From Tubiluchus corallicola (Eukaryota > Animalia > Priapulida), in contig JAQGDQ010000837.1 of assembly GCA_030141605.1 (NCBI GenBank), positions 1-64,000 of the forward strand: a stretch of 64,000 nucleotides of DNA. Reading direction: 5' to 3'. This document shows, piece by piece, positions 12,653 through 26,600 of this stretch. The notes below the pieces were generated by a model, which worked only from the letters and a program-made list of their open reading frames with translations, was not told where the DNA came from and ran no database searches. Each line of letters opens with the position of its first letter. The first letter of the stretch is position 1. The position numbers and the translations under genes were made by a program.

Positions 12653-13502
12653 AGCGACACGCTAAGTGCTTTTCTGAGAACTCTGGGCTAAAAATAGAGG
12701 TTTACCTCATTGTGCGACACGCTAAGTGCTTTTCTGAGAACTCTGGTCTAAAAATAGAGGTTTACCTCATTGTGCGACACGCTAAGTGCTTTTCTGAGAA
12801 CTCTGGGCTAAAAATAGAGGTTTACCTCATTGTACGACACGCTAAGTGCTTTTCTGAGAACTCTGGGCTAAAAATAGAGGTTTACCTCATTGTGCGACAC
12901 GCTAAGTGCTTTTCTGAGAACTCTTGGCTAACAGTAGAGGTTTACCTCATTGTGCGACACGCTAAGTGCTTTTCTGAGAACTCTGGGCTAAAAATAGAGG
13001 TTTACCTCATTGTACGACACGCTAAGTGCTTCTCTGAGAACTCTGGGCTAAAAATAGAGGTTTACCTCATTGTGCGACACGCTAAGTGCTTTTCTGAGAA
13101 TTCTGGGCTAAAAATAGAGGTTTACCTCATTGTGCGACACGCTAAGTGCTTTTCTGAGAATTCTGGGCTAAAAATAGAGGTTTACCTCATTGTGCGACAC
13201 GCTAAGTGCTTTTCTGAGAACTCTGGGCTAAAAATAGAGGTTTACCTCATTGTGCGACACGCTAAGCGCTTTTCTGAGAACTCTGGGCTAAAAATAGAGG
13301 TTTACCTCATTGTGCGACACGCTAAGCGCTTCTCTGAGAACTCTGGGCTAAAAATAGAGGTTTACCTCATTGTGCGACACGCTAAGCGCTTCTCTGAGAA
13401 CTCTGGGCTAAAAATAGAGGTTTACCTCATTGTGCGACACGCTAAGTGCTTTTCCGAGAACTCTGGTCTAAAAATAGAGGTTTACCTCATTGTACGACAC
13501 GC
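12653..13502. repeat. 60-bp minisatellite, about 14 copies
   Basis: Unit GCGACACGCTAAGTGCTTTTCTGAGAACTCTGGGCTAAAAATAGAGGTTTACCTCATTGT. Confidence 0.97.
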
Positions 13503-13559
13503 ATTATACGACAATCCGTTCCATCTTGCTCTGTCACATTTTTATTGTACAGTATCAGA

Positions 13560-13981
13560 ATTGTGAATACAACAACAGGTCTACAGTTATGGAACGGATA
13601 CTGCACAAGTGTTCAAAATAATGGCTTATACAGGAGCCCATAGCGCACGTCTAACCCTTCTTCATGGTCACAGATGGATCTTTTTCAACGTATATTTAAG
13701 TACATTAATATTTCTTCTCCTCTTTTCCTTCTTCCTGTCCCTAATTTTACTATTTTTTTCCATTCCTTCATGTCTACTAACCCTAACCATTCTTTCATTC
13801 ACTGATTTGTGCCACCTTAACAAGCCAAGCTTTCAAGGTGTCATACAGCAACTCTTTTATTTGGTTAATTTGACTTCATCAACGTTTTTTACCTATACTG
13901 TTTCTTTTTGTTTCAATAATATTGTATGTTGATGTATTGCTGGAGTGAAATAAATTGATTGATTGATTGATTGATTGATTA
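13560..13981 (+). mobile_element. LINE 3' fragment with (ATTG)n tail
   Basis: GLQLWN motif, T-rich 3' UTR, AATAAA, then (ATTG)7. Confidence 0.5.
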
Positions 13982-14368
13982 ATTTCTTATAAATTATAAC
14001 TGTTGACTGTACAGAGTATTACAGAGACAACTGAAGTCACGTCCCGATGAATTAATTATTATTATATTCTACGATATATCACTTGTTGTTATGATGATTA
14101 TTTTGTGGGTCTTGAATCCCAGGCATTACATGTACCTGTAGAGTACTTTTGCAGAGCTGCAGTATGGCAACTGTTGCGTGGGACTGCGTGCGTGATCGTG
14201 TTTTACTAAAATTCGTCAGAGTTATTATTATTTATAAAAATAATGTTATTGAGTTTTGCAAGGGTGCCATTCCGTTTGTAAGTACCGCGCAGCGAACGCA
14301 CAGCCGCGGGGTTTTTTTTAGAAATATTTTAACCCAGATTTCAATCGTATTGGCTGCGTGCCATTTAA

Positions 14369-14813
14369 CCCGTTGTATCCCGTGGGATACGAGAATATTT
14401 TCTGCCTTTAAAATTAATAAAATTTTAAAACTGACATTTATTTGATCTGTTAATAGTTATTCTGATTTAAGCCAATAACAATAGACTAAAAATGGTGATA
14501 AAATGGTAAACTAGAAAATCTACATAGCATAAAAAACTGCGCAAGGTACAGTACTTTAGAGACGACTTTGTACAGATCAGCATAGCATGAATACTAAATG
14601 TCTTAAATACTTTAAAAAATTATCAGCAGTTGCAAAATGAAGCACATTTTATGCTTCCATTGAATCCCAATGTATCCCGTGGGATACAGACTATATTTAG
14701 CATGCGGGCACAGGTAGAAAAAATTATTATTATGTGTAAACAAGATGGACATACTGAACAAAAGTACCAAGCCAAAAATTTTTGTTATTAAAAATAATTT
14801 GGGACTGAAAGGG
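14369..14813. mobile_element. piggyBac-like MITE, left end degenerate; copy of 59862-60300
   Basis: Ends GAAAGGG-TTAA; internal sequence shared with 59862-60300. Confidence 0.7.
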
Positions 14814-15095
14814 TTAAAGTTACTCAATATAAGTGATTAGAAGTCACTCATTACTATTGCATCACGTCATCTAATTAGATAAATATAAATAATAATAAAA
14901 GCAACGGCAAAAAACTGGGTGATTACGCTACTGGACGGAAATCTAAAATAAGCTGAAAGGAAATCCACAAAAATGATACGTGTAAGTCAAATGAAAGAAA
15001 TGGCTCCACCATCTTTTTCTTGAAATCAGAGCGCGATTTCGCAATTCCTAGAAGTAAAAGGAACTACAAAACTTGTTTACGAAAACACTTTAACA

Positions 15096-15582
15096 CAGGG
15101 GTGTGCAATTGCAGCGCGCCGAGAGAATTTGTGCGGACCGCGAAGAGGTTTGTTAACCTAATGAAAGTGCGGCCCTGGAGATTAATTGAGTGTATCCAGC
15201 TGAAGTCCGTGCCATGATCCCAAAGATAGTGCGGGTAGTTTTTTCTACTAGATCGGATGCCATTAACCCTTACAAGACGGTTGTAGCTTAATGTCACTGT
15301 ACTACACAGACTGTGTGATACACATTACTAATATGCATTGTAATGAAATTGCCACTATCTGTCGTGAAATTAGAAATATATGGTTTGTAATATAAATTTT
15401 AATAACTTCTAAAATAGTTTCTTGAGTGTAGTAGTAAATTAATGATGTACGCAGGTCGGATGCAGAAAAAATCGTTATTAAGCCTTTCTGTACTTGGCTC
15501 CTTGATCAAACTGCCTGAGGCCTGCAGAAAATGTGGGAAAGTTTAATGTGGCCCGGCTAGTCAGATAATTTGCACACCCCTG
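15096..15582. mobile_element. hAT-type MITE; inverted copy of 62809-63289
   Basis: TIRs CAGGGGTGTGCAA / TTGCACACCCCTG. Confidence 0.85.
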
Positions 15583-16740
15583 AAGTAACAGGTACTTTCT
15601 TAAAGATAGCATGTCATGTCCTTGAGCAATAACGACATTTTAGGAGAAATAATCCCAGTGCGTTCATTCACCGGAACGACAATATTGTGAAATAAAATGT
15701 GTCTGAGGACAGGGGAATAATCATAAATATTCAATTCAATGTTCAATTAAAGTTTACTTGATCTAGCCAGTACGATAGGTTGATTATCACTTTTTGATTC
15801 GAAACCAATGAATTTTAATAAGTCATAAGTCATTTATTTCACCTTACACATTTACAATGGTTACGTATACAATATCTAGTGAAAGGGCCTACAATGAACG
15901 TAATACAAATAAGAAATACTGCACAGGAAAAGCCTCAAACACTGTTCACTTATACACGAAGGTAAATGTGTTGAGGGCAATCAAAAAGCAGGGCTTGTTA
16001 GATTGTCTCACACAGTGATAGAGAAAAAAAGTAATGGAAATAATCTGAAAATTTAAAGTGAATCGTGATAAAAAAACATTAGTGCTTAAAGTGGAATGAT
16101 GTAATGAATGAAACTCATATGTGGGATGATAAAAAAGATAGAAAGACTATAATTTTTTAATAGTATGTAAAATTAAAATAACTTGATTAAGCTAACTGTG
16201 TTAAGCAAACATAACGACAAAATTGTTAATTCAAAATAAAAATAAACCTTAAGCACCAGGGTTCCTGTCAAATTCCCAGGAAGTTCAATGACTTTTTAAG
16301 TTTAGTCACCATTTCCTTGGGGAAACTCTGTCAAGCTGATAAAAACGGGAACACTTTTACATTTTCCAGTTAATTCAAATAATAATCAGTAAAACCACAA
16401 ATTAAACAATTAACTAATCAAATAATCAAATTAGCAAGCTTAAACGCGCAGTATTTCAGTTATTTTCAGTTTGATTTTTTTTTATGCACTTATTATTACT
16501 GTGTATGAATTGTACTAACGCGTTATAAGCATATCAATTTAATGTCATTCGTAACAATTAAATCTTTATTATAAGCAGTACTAACACTAATACACTGTAG
16601 CATAGCGCCTATTAAATATGTTCACTAACCAAAGGGCAGCTGACTAGATGACCAATTAGTCTTTCACTGCCCTTTCTTCACATTTTTGTTACCAAATTAA
16701 TTATATTATAACTGTGCATGTGTTAAAAGATAAATAAAAG

Positions 16741-17086
<346 letters not shown>

Positions 17087-17929
17087 TATACAATTTTAAA
17101 CTGTGATAAGGCTGAATTAAAAAAACGTAACGGTTTCACAATTAAAAAACTGACTGATGATGATTATGCAAGTGAATAATTAATGCAATTTTCGTACCGA
17201 ACTTGAAATATAGAAATTGTAAAAAAAATTTTATACAGCATTGATTTGAACCAAGAAATTTCTGCTTACAAGTCCTAAATACAGTGGCTTAGTCATCCAA
17301 GGCTGACAAAATTAAAAAGGCTTGTAAACACAAGGTACATGGGTTCAAATCTAGACTGTATTAAAAAATTTTCGCATACCAAATTGTGATATACTCAAAA
17401 CTTTTGCATCTTCCAAGTTATGTATCAAAATTTAATTAATTGTGGGTTTGTACTATCATTAATTATAACAATTAATCAATTACCTACGGAAATTTCAGGT
17501 TCAAAATTAATCAAAATAAAAATTAATCTAATTAGTTAAGATCATTGTGTGAATTTTGTGAACTTTGGACTGTTTGGGCCATGAGGTCTGTAGCATTATT
17601 AACAAAAATCTTGACATTAAAACTATAACTATTAAAAAACTGACAGTAGAGCCGAATTAGGAGTATAGCACAAGAAAAGAACATTATAATGCCATAGTAC
17701 TGGGAACTGAGTTTATAAACCCGCTTATTTTTTTACCAACATCAAACACTGACAGGTAGTATTTATCGTACGCGGTTCCTAGAACTGACAGCGAGGAATG
17801 TGATGACCAGCTGTGCTGGTTCTGCTCTGTACTTAAACAGATGATATACAGCCAATTGCTGATATATAATGCTCATTCGTTTACATAGCGAACGTCACAA
17901 AACCGGTCTCAAACTAAATTCGATATCTA

Positions 17930-18390
17930 CAGTCTAGCCTCGTTATCTCGCCCCTCGTTATGCCGCCAAACTCGTATCTCGCCATAGAAAGTACCAGGAC
18001 GGATTTCCTGCTTTGATATTTACCTCGTTAAGTCGCCACCCTCGCTTCTCGCCCTCGCCACGTCATGCTAGGATGAGTGCTTATGTAAACTATATTCGTT
18101 ATGTCGCCAAACAGTCAAACTCAGAGGTGAATCGATCAATACATATACCGTGTGTCGATAATATAACCGCGGTATGTAGACAATGCTGCTGTACTCGATA
18201 GACAGACATAATTAATCTAGTGTGTGTCTCACCAGGATTAGATTAGGAGTGCTGTGGTTGGTTAATGCGCAGAGAAACTAAAGTATATTATGTATATACA
18301 TATAGACTAACTTCGTTATATTCCCGTTACCTCGCCTCTTGCCAAAAATTTGCCCTAGACGGACAGTGGCGAGATAACGAGACTAGACTG
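17930..18390. mobile_element. Tc1/pogo-type MITE abutting the LINE endonuclease fragment
   Basis: TIRs CAGTCTAGCCTCGTTATCTCGCC / GGCGAGATAACGAGACTAGACTG flanked by TA. Confidence 0.85.
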
Positions 18391-18392
18391 TA

Positions 18393-19830
18393 ATCATCTG
18401 AGTTTGGATGCCTATAGATGACTCCGAATACAATATTTTTGGATTTTGTTTGGATTTCTGTCCAACAATTTTCAGCATGCACTTTTGTAGTGTTTGGGTG
18501 TGTATTTATATTGTATTTGGGGGCAGGACTAAAAATTATTTTTTCATTAACATGTGTTCTAACACCTCCTGCATTAGTTATTGAATTCTGATGGAAAAAT
18601 CTATAGCCTGGAATACTCCATACGAAGTGCCGATTACTTGCTAATCTGGTCTCAGAGACTGCAATCAGGCCAGGCCATGATTGAAAGTTATACAATATAT
18701 CTAAGAAATTACTAAAATGTTTATTTAAACTACTTAGATTAATATGGATCATTGATAAATCTTTGGGGTTTATTTTATATTTGGGGTCAGATTCTAGTTG
18801 ACATAATTTGACATACCTGCTATCATACTGAATTGTGAAGTGATTTGGATCATTGTCCTCATTAGTGTCACACAGAAGAGCATAGTAGTTGATTGAAGGT
18901 AGATTAGTAAGATTTGCTAGTTTTGAATGGTCACCGAGTGCATCACACAGTTCATCTTCATTCAAACTTTGAAATGGTAGTATGTCGTTAACACACGGTC
19001 TGGTTTGAATTTTGTTTTACTTATACAAATCTAACGATGCTTCATGAATGGCATTATTGAATAACTATTAATATTAATGTAGTTTTGTGGGTAATGGGCA
19101 TTTCTTATTGCAGGCACGTGTAACATTACTCCTTTCGCTTGAAAAACGAAAGTGAGATCATATTATTGTTCTCCTGATTGTTATGCAAAGTACAATTTTG
19201 ACCACTTGCTCTTTTTTATTTAAAGCATGCTTTCTATGCTTATTTCTTTGGTTATGCTGCAAAATTGCATTTACTTATGAATTCACTTATTGTTTTTTAT
19301 CGTGCTTTGTGCGCAACTGCACATACTGTTGTGGAGATCGCTGGCATCAATTAGAATTACATAGAACATTGTAGAATGTTCTGTTGGAATGACCGCCTTA
19401 TTGTCTGGAACGTTCTGGAACATTACTTCTGGAAGTTTCTTCAGCACGCTATATACAGGCCGCCAACAGGGGAGCACACAGGACGCACGCAGATCTCGCA
19501 CGGACATGTACTTGTATACTTACGTTTTCAGATACACTTAAACGTTTTCCAGATTTTCACGTTTACAGTAATCATTTCTCATTCCTTCATACTACATACT
19601 GTAGAACTCTGGCTAAATAAACTAGTTTTATTTGACGGCGTGTTTTCTGGTTTTCTCTACGAGCCTTCCGAGAGAAACAAAACACAACACATACACAAGG
19701 GTTAGAAAATTTAGTCACAAACATAAAAATAAGCTAAAACAGGCACAGGTAAAACTTCTGTTAGAGCACTATTACCAAGAGACATAAAGCTGTACAATGC
19801 ACATCCTGCTCGTCTGTGAACCATCCGCCA
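18393..19830 (-). mobile_element. Decayed non-LTR retrotransposon (CR1/L2-like) 5' part with AP-endonuclease domain
   Basis: ORF 18327-18965 has LSMIHINLSSL, IAVSETRL, IPGY, AGGV and GVIYRHPNS motifs of APE endonuclease; the domain is cut by the MITE. Upstream boundary approximate. Confidence 0.8.
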
Positions 19831-22800
19831 TAATAACTGGTCAGTCTGTGAAAATTCTCTGTATCCCTGTGACTAGGTTTTAGTTGAAAGAGAGTAAGTT
19901 ATTCAAAACAATGCAGTAGTTCATACACGCACATGCACACACACGCGCACGCACGCACGCACACACTGCTAATGAAAAGTGATGCACAACCACAATATTT
20001 TCAAATTCCACGATTACGTTGAAAAGTTATAACACTTAGTCTATACTTATTATAGTTACATGTGCACAGATTTTATTATTTGCCAGTAATAACGCCAGAC
20101 ATTCAGATAAAAACTCCACCGGTTGACAGCGTAAATGAAAACTGATTACAGCAATAATAATGGCGGAGAAACCGCTAGCAACAACACCTTACACAACATC
20201 TTTCCTTATATAGACAGTCTTTTCCTATATCAGTTTGTGCAAATAAGTAACAGAAATAACAAAAAAACAACGTCTCTACATTTAACATTTACTAGTATAA
20301 AACAGTAATAAACTTTTATATCGTGATAACTATTTACATTACCAACAACAAATTATTTCCAACTTTTTTTGAAAATCCAGTCTAGATAAATGTAAAAAGA
20401 TACAATACCAGACATAATGAATATATACCAAGACGTTGTAGAACAAATATGGCGAAACATTTCATTAGCTATGTGGGACCAGTCCTATGGAATAGACTAA
20501 GCCGCAATTCAAAATGTAGTGACTCCCTTTCAATTTTTAAAAAAACCGTCAGAAAAGAAATATTTCAAAAGTATTGAGAGTAACACAGTTTGACAATGGT
20601 AATCACCTGCATTCTTTTTCCACAGTAATCTTAATAAAACGTGACTATGCTCAACAGGTTACTGAACACTTTATAATCATGATCACAGTTTTTCTTAGTT
20701 CTCGCTCCATTTCATCTTTCATTCACTACTCTCCCCCCCTCACTTTTATGTATATATTATCATTATTTCAATTATTAATCACTTCTTTAAGATTTCCACG
20801 TACAGTTTGGCCTGTCAAGCTATGCTTTTAGGCTCAAACTGTATGCATCAAAATTACTCTGTACTGTAATTTGCACAAATACATGCTGCATAAGAATCTC
20901 TTTTGTAATTTCTGGATAATATTGCATTTATATTTATATTTACTTTAGTGAAATTATCTGTATTTTTATTATAACTGTTAGATGCAGAGTGGAAATAAAC
21001 TTATAACTTATTACATCAAAAAGCAACCAACTAACTTATTCCTATCAGACACAACTATGCTGAATCAAAGGCTAAGACAACGAAGTTGCTGAATCAAAGG
21101 CTAAAACAACGAAGTGGTTCCACGTGGCATAAACATACGTCACCTAAACAACAAAGTAGCCACGTTTCTTTGACTTGACTCTCCAGTGGGCAGTATAACA
21201 TTTGATTATATTATTATGCATTTTAACACATACAGAGTACTTAATTTAACGAAATTTTGTAAAAAAATTAATCAGACATCAACACAAGAAACAAACAAAA
21301 CAGCATTGATCTTAACACATTTTTTCTGCTTTTAGTCAGAGAAATTTCAAGTCAATCTGATATTTACACATATTTCCAGCTTCACAGAAATTTACATACA
21401 ATATTTTAAGTGCATACTATAGACAACCAAACTACTGTTTCAAAGTACCTAATATTATTTAACTTTATAAAGTATGAGAAATTTTAACAAACGCAAATTT
21501 CGTACAATTTTTTTTGCAAAATGTCCAAGACATTTAGGCTTGTTCCAGTTGATGAAGTCCACAACTGATGGGTAACTGGTTCAAATACAGTCTGAGTCAT
21601 AACTTTTTCTGATTTTCTCTCTTTACATCAAGTATGGTGTCATAAACAATTACTCGCAAATTAATGACATCATTCATTCATTCTATAATAATTTAGCATT
21701 ACGTATTATGATACGTATGATGATAATGTTTGTATCAACATCCTGTAGCCAAGATTACTACAAACGTTTTTGCAGAATACAAATTATACGTAAATAAACT
21801 ATAATTTTTACAAAAAAAATCATTATTACTATTTTACAGTAACATGTACAAATAATCATTAATTTACTAATTCACTTACTAAAATACTTAGACAACAACT
21901 TTTTAAGCAAATTAATTCCAACAAAATTTGTTATTAAACACCGTATTAGCTACTACGAAAAACAAACTGAATGGAATAAAATTTAAATAATTGACCACCA
22001 ACAACGAAAAAATTCTCTTTATAAATAGAACTTAATCACAGAAATTCTTATTAACATTACTGACTATCATAAGTTATTTATAATTGTAATAGAAAAAAAT
22101 GATGAAAAAACTTTAACAAGAGGCACTATTTACAGTTCATGTGCAGCATGGCCGCTCGTTCTTATTCAGGGGCGTAGCTAGGCACTAAAGTTAGGGGGGA
22201 GCAAGCACATAAAAAAGGGTGCCTTGCTATAACACTCTCATAATAAAATGCAAAGACACCAATACTTGTTTTCCAATATATAATTGACAGTACCTCTACT
22301 ACTAGACAATCACATCTAAACCGTGTCTAGATAATCGTGTGACAAGAACATATTATAATAATCAGATTTGGGGCAATCTTAACCTTGATTCAATCAAACA
22401 ACCTTGGCAAATGAATTGTGTTAATGCACGCTCATATCAAGAACACGGGAGACAGGTTAGTCAAACAAAGTAATGACTCCATTATTGAAAAAGTGCAAAT
22501 TTTGAAATGTGTTCTGGGGAGCGGTTGCACCCCCTTGCTCCCCTACTAGCTACGCCACTGTTCTTAACATACCTGTGTGGAATATTGTAGGAAAAGATCG
22601 TACCCGTGTATTTAAACGTCTGCACACATAGTTGCCTAACCAAGCATATCATAAATAGACTTCAGGTAATTAATACTGATGCAAATAGGTGAATTTCGTA
22701 CTTCAACGCAATGCGAAGTAAAGACATGAAAGCGTAACTAGTCAAAGGAATTCAAAACCAAATAAGTGATTTGCTCAGAATCAAAATGAACCAAACATTA

Positions 22801-23613
22801 AAATTAGTTCTTTGATTAACTCGTACATGAAACTAACCCATGAGGAAGTTAGTACACTTTTCGTTTACTTGGTTAAAAAGGAAATATTTCAGTACACGAG
22901 TTGTTTACCTTTTAAGGTAGTTATTTCGTAGAAAATAACAAAATACAGTCGAGCCTCCCCTTTACAATGCTAACCCCAGATTTTTACCAGAACAAAATGT
23001 CTATATTTGCATAGACATGTAGTACTACAGCACCTTGTAGCAATGCTAACCTCGCTTATCGCCCAGACTTCTACCAGAACAAAATGTCTATATTTGCATA
23101 GACATGTAGTACTAAAGCACCTTCTAACAATGCCAAATTCGCTTAACGGCAATTTTCTTGCAGCCTTAAAGTAGGCGCTATAAAGACGTTTGACTGATGG
23201 AAGCAGAAACAATGTAGATCAATTTAAATAAACACGACAGCAAGACTAAGTTTTGTAGCATGAAATAACATATTGTAAAAATTATCAAAGTTATGTCATA
23301 GTTAAGTGTACACAGTGAAAGAGAACACATTATTAGCTAGAAGAACACCGGTTTTCGATGAAAAAACACGGAAGCAATTTTAGTACGAGTTTTCGTGACA
23401 GATGAATGTAGACGAAATAGCATTATCGCGTTTGTGACATTCCATTAGATACCATCTTTTTTCCTAGTCGAAAAGCTGTGCCAGTATCTGATTCCGATTC
23501 GGAACTTTTGAGTCGAACAAAACTGAACTTTGACCTACTAGGAAGCAGATAATGGCGTCGCGCAATCGTAAAAATGTTTTTCTGTAGGTGTACATATGTA
23601 CAATGTGGTTTGC

Positions 23614-26600
23614 TCACAATGTTGGAGTGGCTGGTGTCTCTGTGCTGAAGTACGGAGCGGAATCTTGGACTAGAAGCGTGTGGCACACGTCACAAACCTT
23701 TGACGGTCGCTGGTTGGGACCACTCGGAACTGTTTTTGCCGTGCAGTCATTGCAGAATATCCTGCCACAATGACGGCAGTGATGCTAAATATAAAATGCA
23801 AACAGTGATGTAACATTTACATAGTTAGTGGATTTTTTTGTGTAAACAATACTTGTTAATCAGTTCAAGTGATTAAACTAGTTACAATCTCGAAATTACA
23901 GACAGGTATAAAGCTTGCATTAAGTGACTGAAAATGACTGTTTACAGTTTAACACAACCTTGAGTTGAGCGACTGAAAATGACTGTTTACAGTTACGACA
24001 TTACAGTTTAGCACAAACTTTGTGTTAAGTGACTGAAAATGACTGTTTACAGTTACGACATTACAGTTTAGCATAAACCTTGTGTCGAGTAACTGAAAAT
24101 GACTGTTTACAGTTACGACATTACAGTTTAACACAAACTTTGCATCGAGTGACTGAAAATGACTGTTTACAGTTACGACATTACAGTTTAGCACAAACCT
24201 CGCGTTAAGTGACTGAAAATGACTGTTCACAGTTACGACATTACAGTTTAGCACAAACCTTGTGTTAAGTGACTGAAAATGACTGTTTACAGTTACGACA
24301 TTACGGTTTAACACAAACCTTGCATCGAGTAGCTGAAAATGACTGTTTACCGTTACGACATTACAGTTTAGCACAAACTTTGTGTTAAGTGACTGAAAAT
24401 GACTGTTTACAGTTACGACATTACAGTTTAACACAAACCTTGCATTGCGCGACTGAAAATGACTGTTTACAGTTACGACATTACAGTTTAACACAAACCT
24501 TGTGTCAAGTGACTGAAAATGACTGTTTACCGTTACGACATTACAGTTTAACACAAACCTTGCGTCGAGTAACTGAAAATGACTGTTTACAGTTACGACA
24601 TTACAGTTTAACACAAACCTTGTGTCGAGTGACTGAAAATGACTGTTTACCGTTATGACATTACAGTTTAGCACAAACCTTGTGTTAAGTGACTGAAAAT
24701 GACTGTTTACAGTTACGACATTACAGTTTAACACAAACTTTGCATCGAGTGACTGAAAATGACTGTTTACAGTTACGACATTACAGTTTGACACAAACTT
24801 TGCATCGAGTGACTGAAAATGACTGTTTACAGTTACGACATTACAGTTTAGCACAAACCTTGCGTTAAGTGACTGAAAATGACTGTTCACAGTTACGACA
24901 TTACAGTTTAGCACAAACTTTGTGTTAAGTGACTGAAAATGACTGTTTACAGTTACGACATTACGGTTTAACACAAACCTTGCATCGTGTGACTGAAAAT
25001 GACTGTTTACCGTTACGACATTACAGTTTAACACAAACCTTGCGTCGTGTGACTGAAAATGACTGTTTACAGTTACGACATTGCGGTTTAGTACAAACCT
25101 TGCGTCGAGTGACTGAAAATGACTGTTTACAGTTACGACATTACAGTTTAACACAAACCTTGCGTCGAGTGACTGAAAATGACTGTTTACAGTTACGACA
25201 TTACAGTTTAACACAAACCTTGCGTCGAGTGACTGAAAATGACTGTTTACAGTTACGACATTGCGGTTTAGTACAAACCTTGCGTCGAGTGACTGAAAAT
25301 GACTGTTTACAGTTACGACATTACAGTTTAACACAAACCTTGTGTTAAGTGACTGAAAATGACTGTTTACAGTTACGACATTACAGTTTGACACAAACCT
25401 TGCGTCGAGTGACTGAAAATGACTGTTTACAGTTACGACATTACAGTTTAACACAAACCTTGTGTCGTGTGACTGAAAATGACTGTTTACAGTTACGACA
25501 TTACAGTTTAACACAAACCTTGCGTCGAGTGACTGAAAATGACTGTTTACAGTTACGACATTACAGTTTAGTACAAACCTTGCGTCGAGTGACTGAAAAT
25601 GACTGTTTACAGTTACGACATTACAGTTTAACACAAACCTTGTGTCGAGTGACTGAAAATGACTGTTTACAGTTACGACATTACAGTTTAACACAAACCT
25701 TGCGTCGAGTGACTGAAAATGACTGTTTACAGTTACGACATTACAGTTTAACACAAACCTTGCGTCGTGTGACTGAAAATGACTGTTTACAGTTACGACA
25801 CTCCTCAGCATCTTCCTCATGCTCCCAGCGCACCTGCGTGTTCACCTGCCGTATCGACTCCAGCTGCATCTGATAAATAATAAGCTTATTAGGAAAACAG
25901 TCATTAGCCTATAAAATTTGCGAATGACAAGACAATTAAAATCGAAGATCGTTTCAAAATGTGACAAACAATTATAAAATTTTGAAGTTTGTTACAATAA
26001 TACACTCAAAATTTCGTTTTTTGTCAAGAACACTAAGGCGCTATTACACTTTCGCACCGCCTAGCTTTTCCTGGCCTATTGGTTCTTTTCATGCCTGCAG
26101 GCCAGAAAGCAGACCAACAGGGGTAATATACACCATATTCCCATAATATTAGTGCTTTTTACGCTTTATAATTCCAGATTAAAATCATACATTACTTATC
26201 GCCGCCATTAAAAGCTGCAAGTGAATAACCGTGTTTACACCACTAATGCGCAATCGCTCTCGCGCAGTGACGTAGTGGCCCTTAACCTGTATTTTTAGTT
26301 TTTTTGCATAATTTATGATTATTATGGTTGCAGCCACGGGAGTTTGTATCATATTACAGTGTTCCCACATATTAGATTATAAAAGTAAAGGTTTTTTCTT
26401 TATTTCGTAAATGCAATTAAGATGAAAGTGTGTCACGTGCCTTTTAAGCTAGGCCCTGATAATGCATAAACTAGTACGAAATTCGTCACGTGACTACACA
26501 CACAAACAAGATGGCGATACTGTGTAGAACTGTGAATACAGCGTAATTATTGGTAATTATACCTAAATAAATGATTAAATTACAATTAGATTAGCGGAAA

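Noticed and set aside
23921-25800. CRISPR-like regular arrays here and elsewhere
   Set aside because: No unique spacers; units are head-to-tail near-identical copies, there are no cas genes, and the context is eukaryotic.
23949-25820. 623-aa ORF and other long periodic ORFs (12712-13566, 42362-42894, 44324-45352, 46568-48501, 53493-54784, 56580-57427)
   Set aside because: They are translations of stop-free frames of minisatellites. All but 12712-13566 lie in RABEP1 introns, and the 623-aa ORF is out of frame with the real exon.
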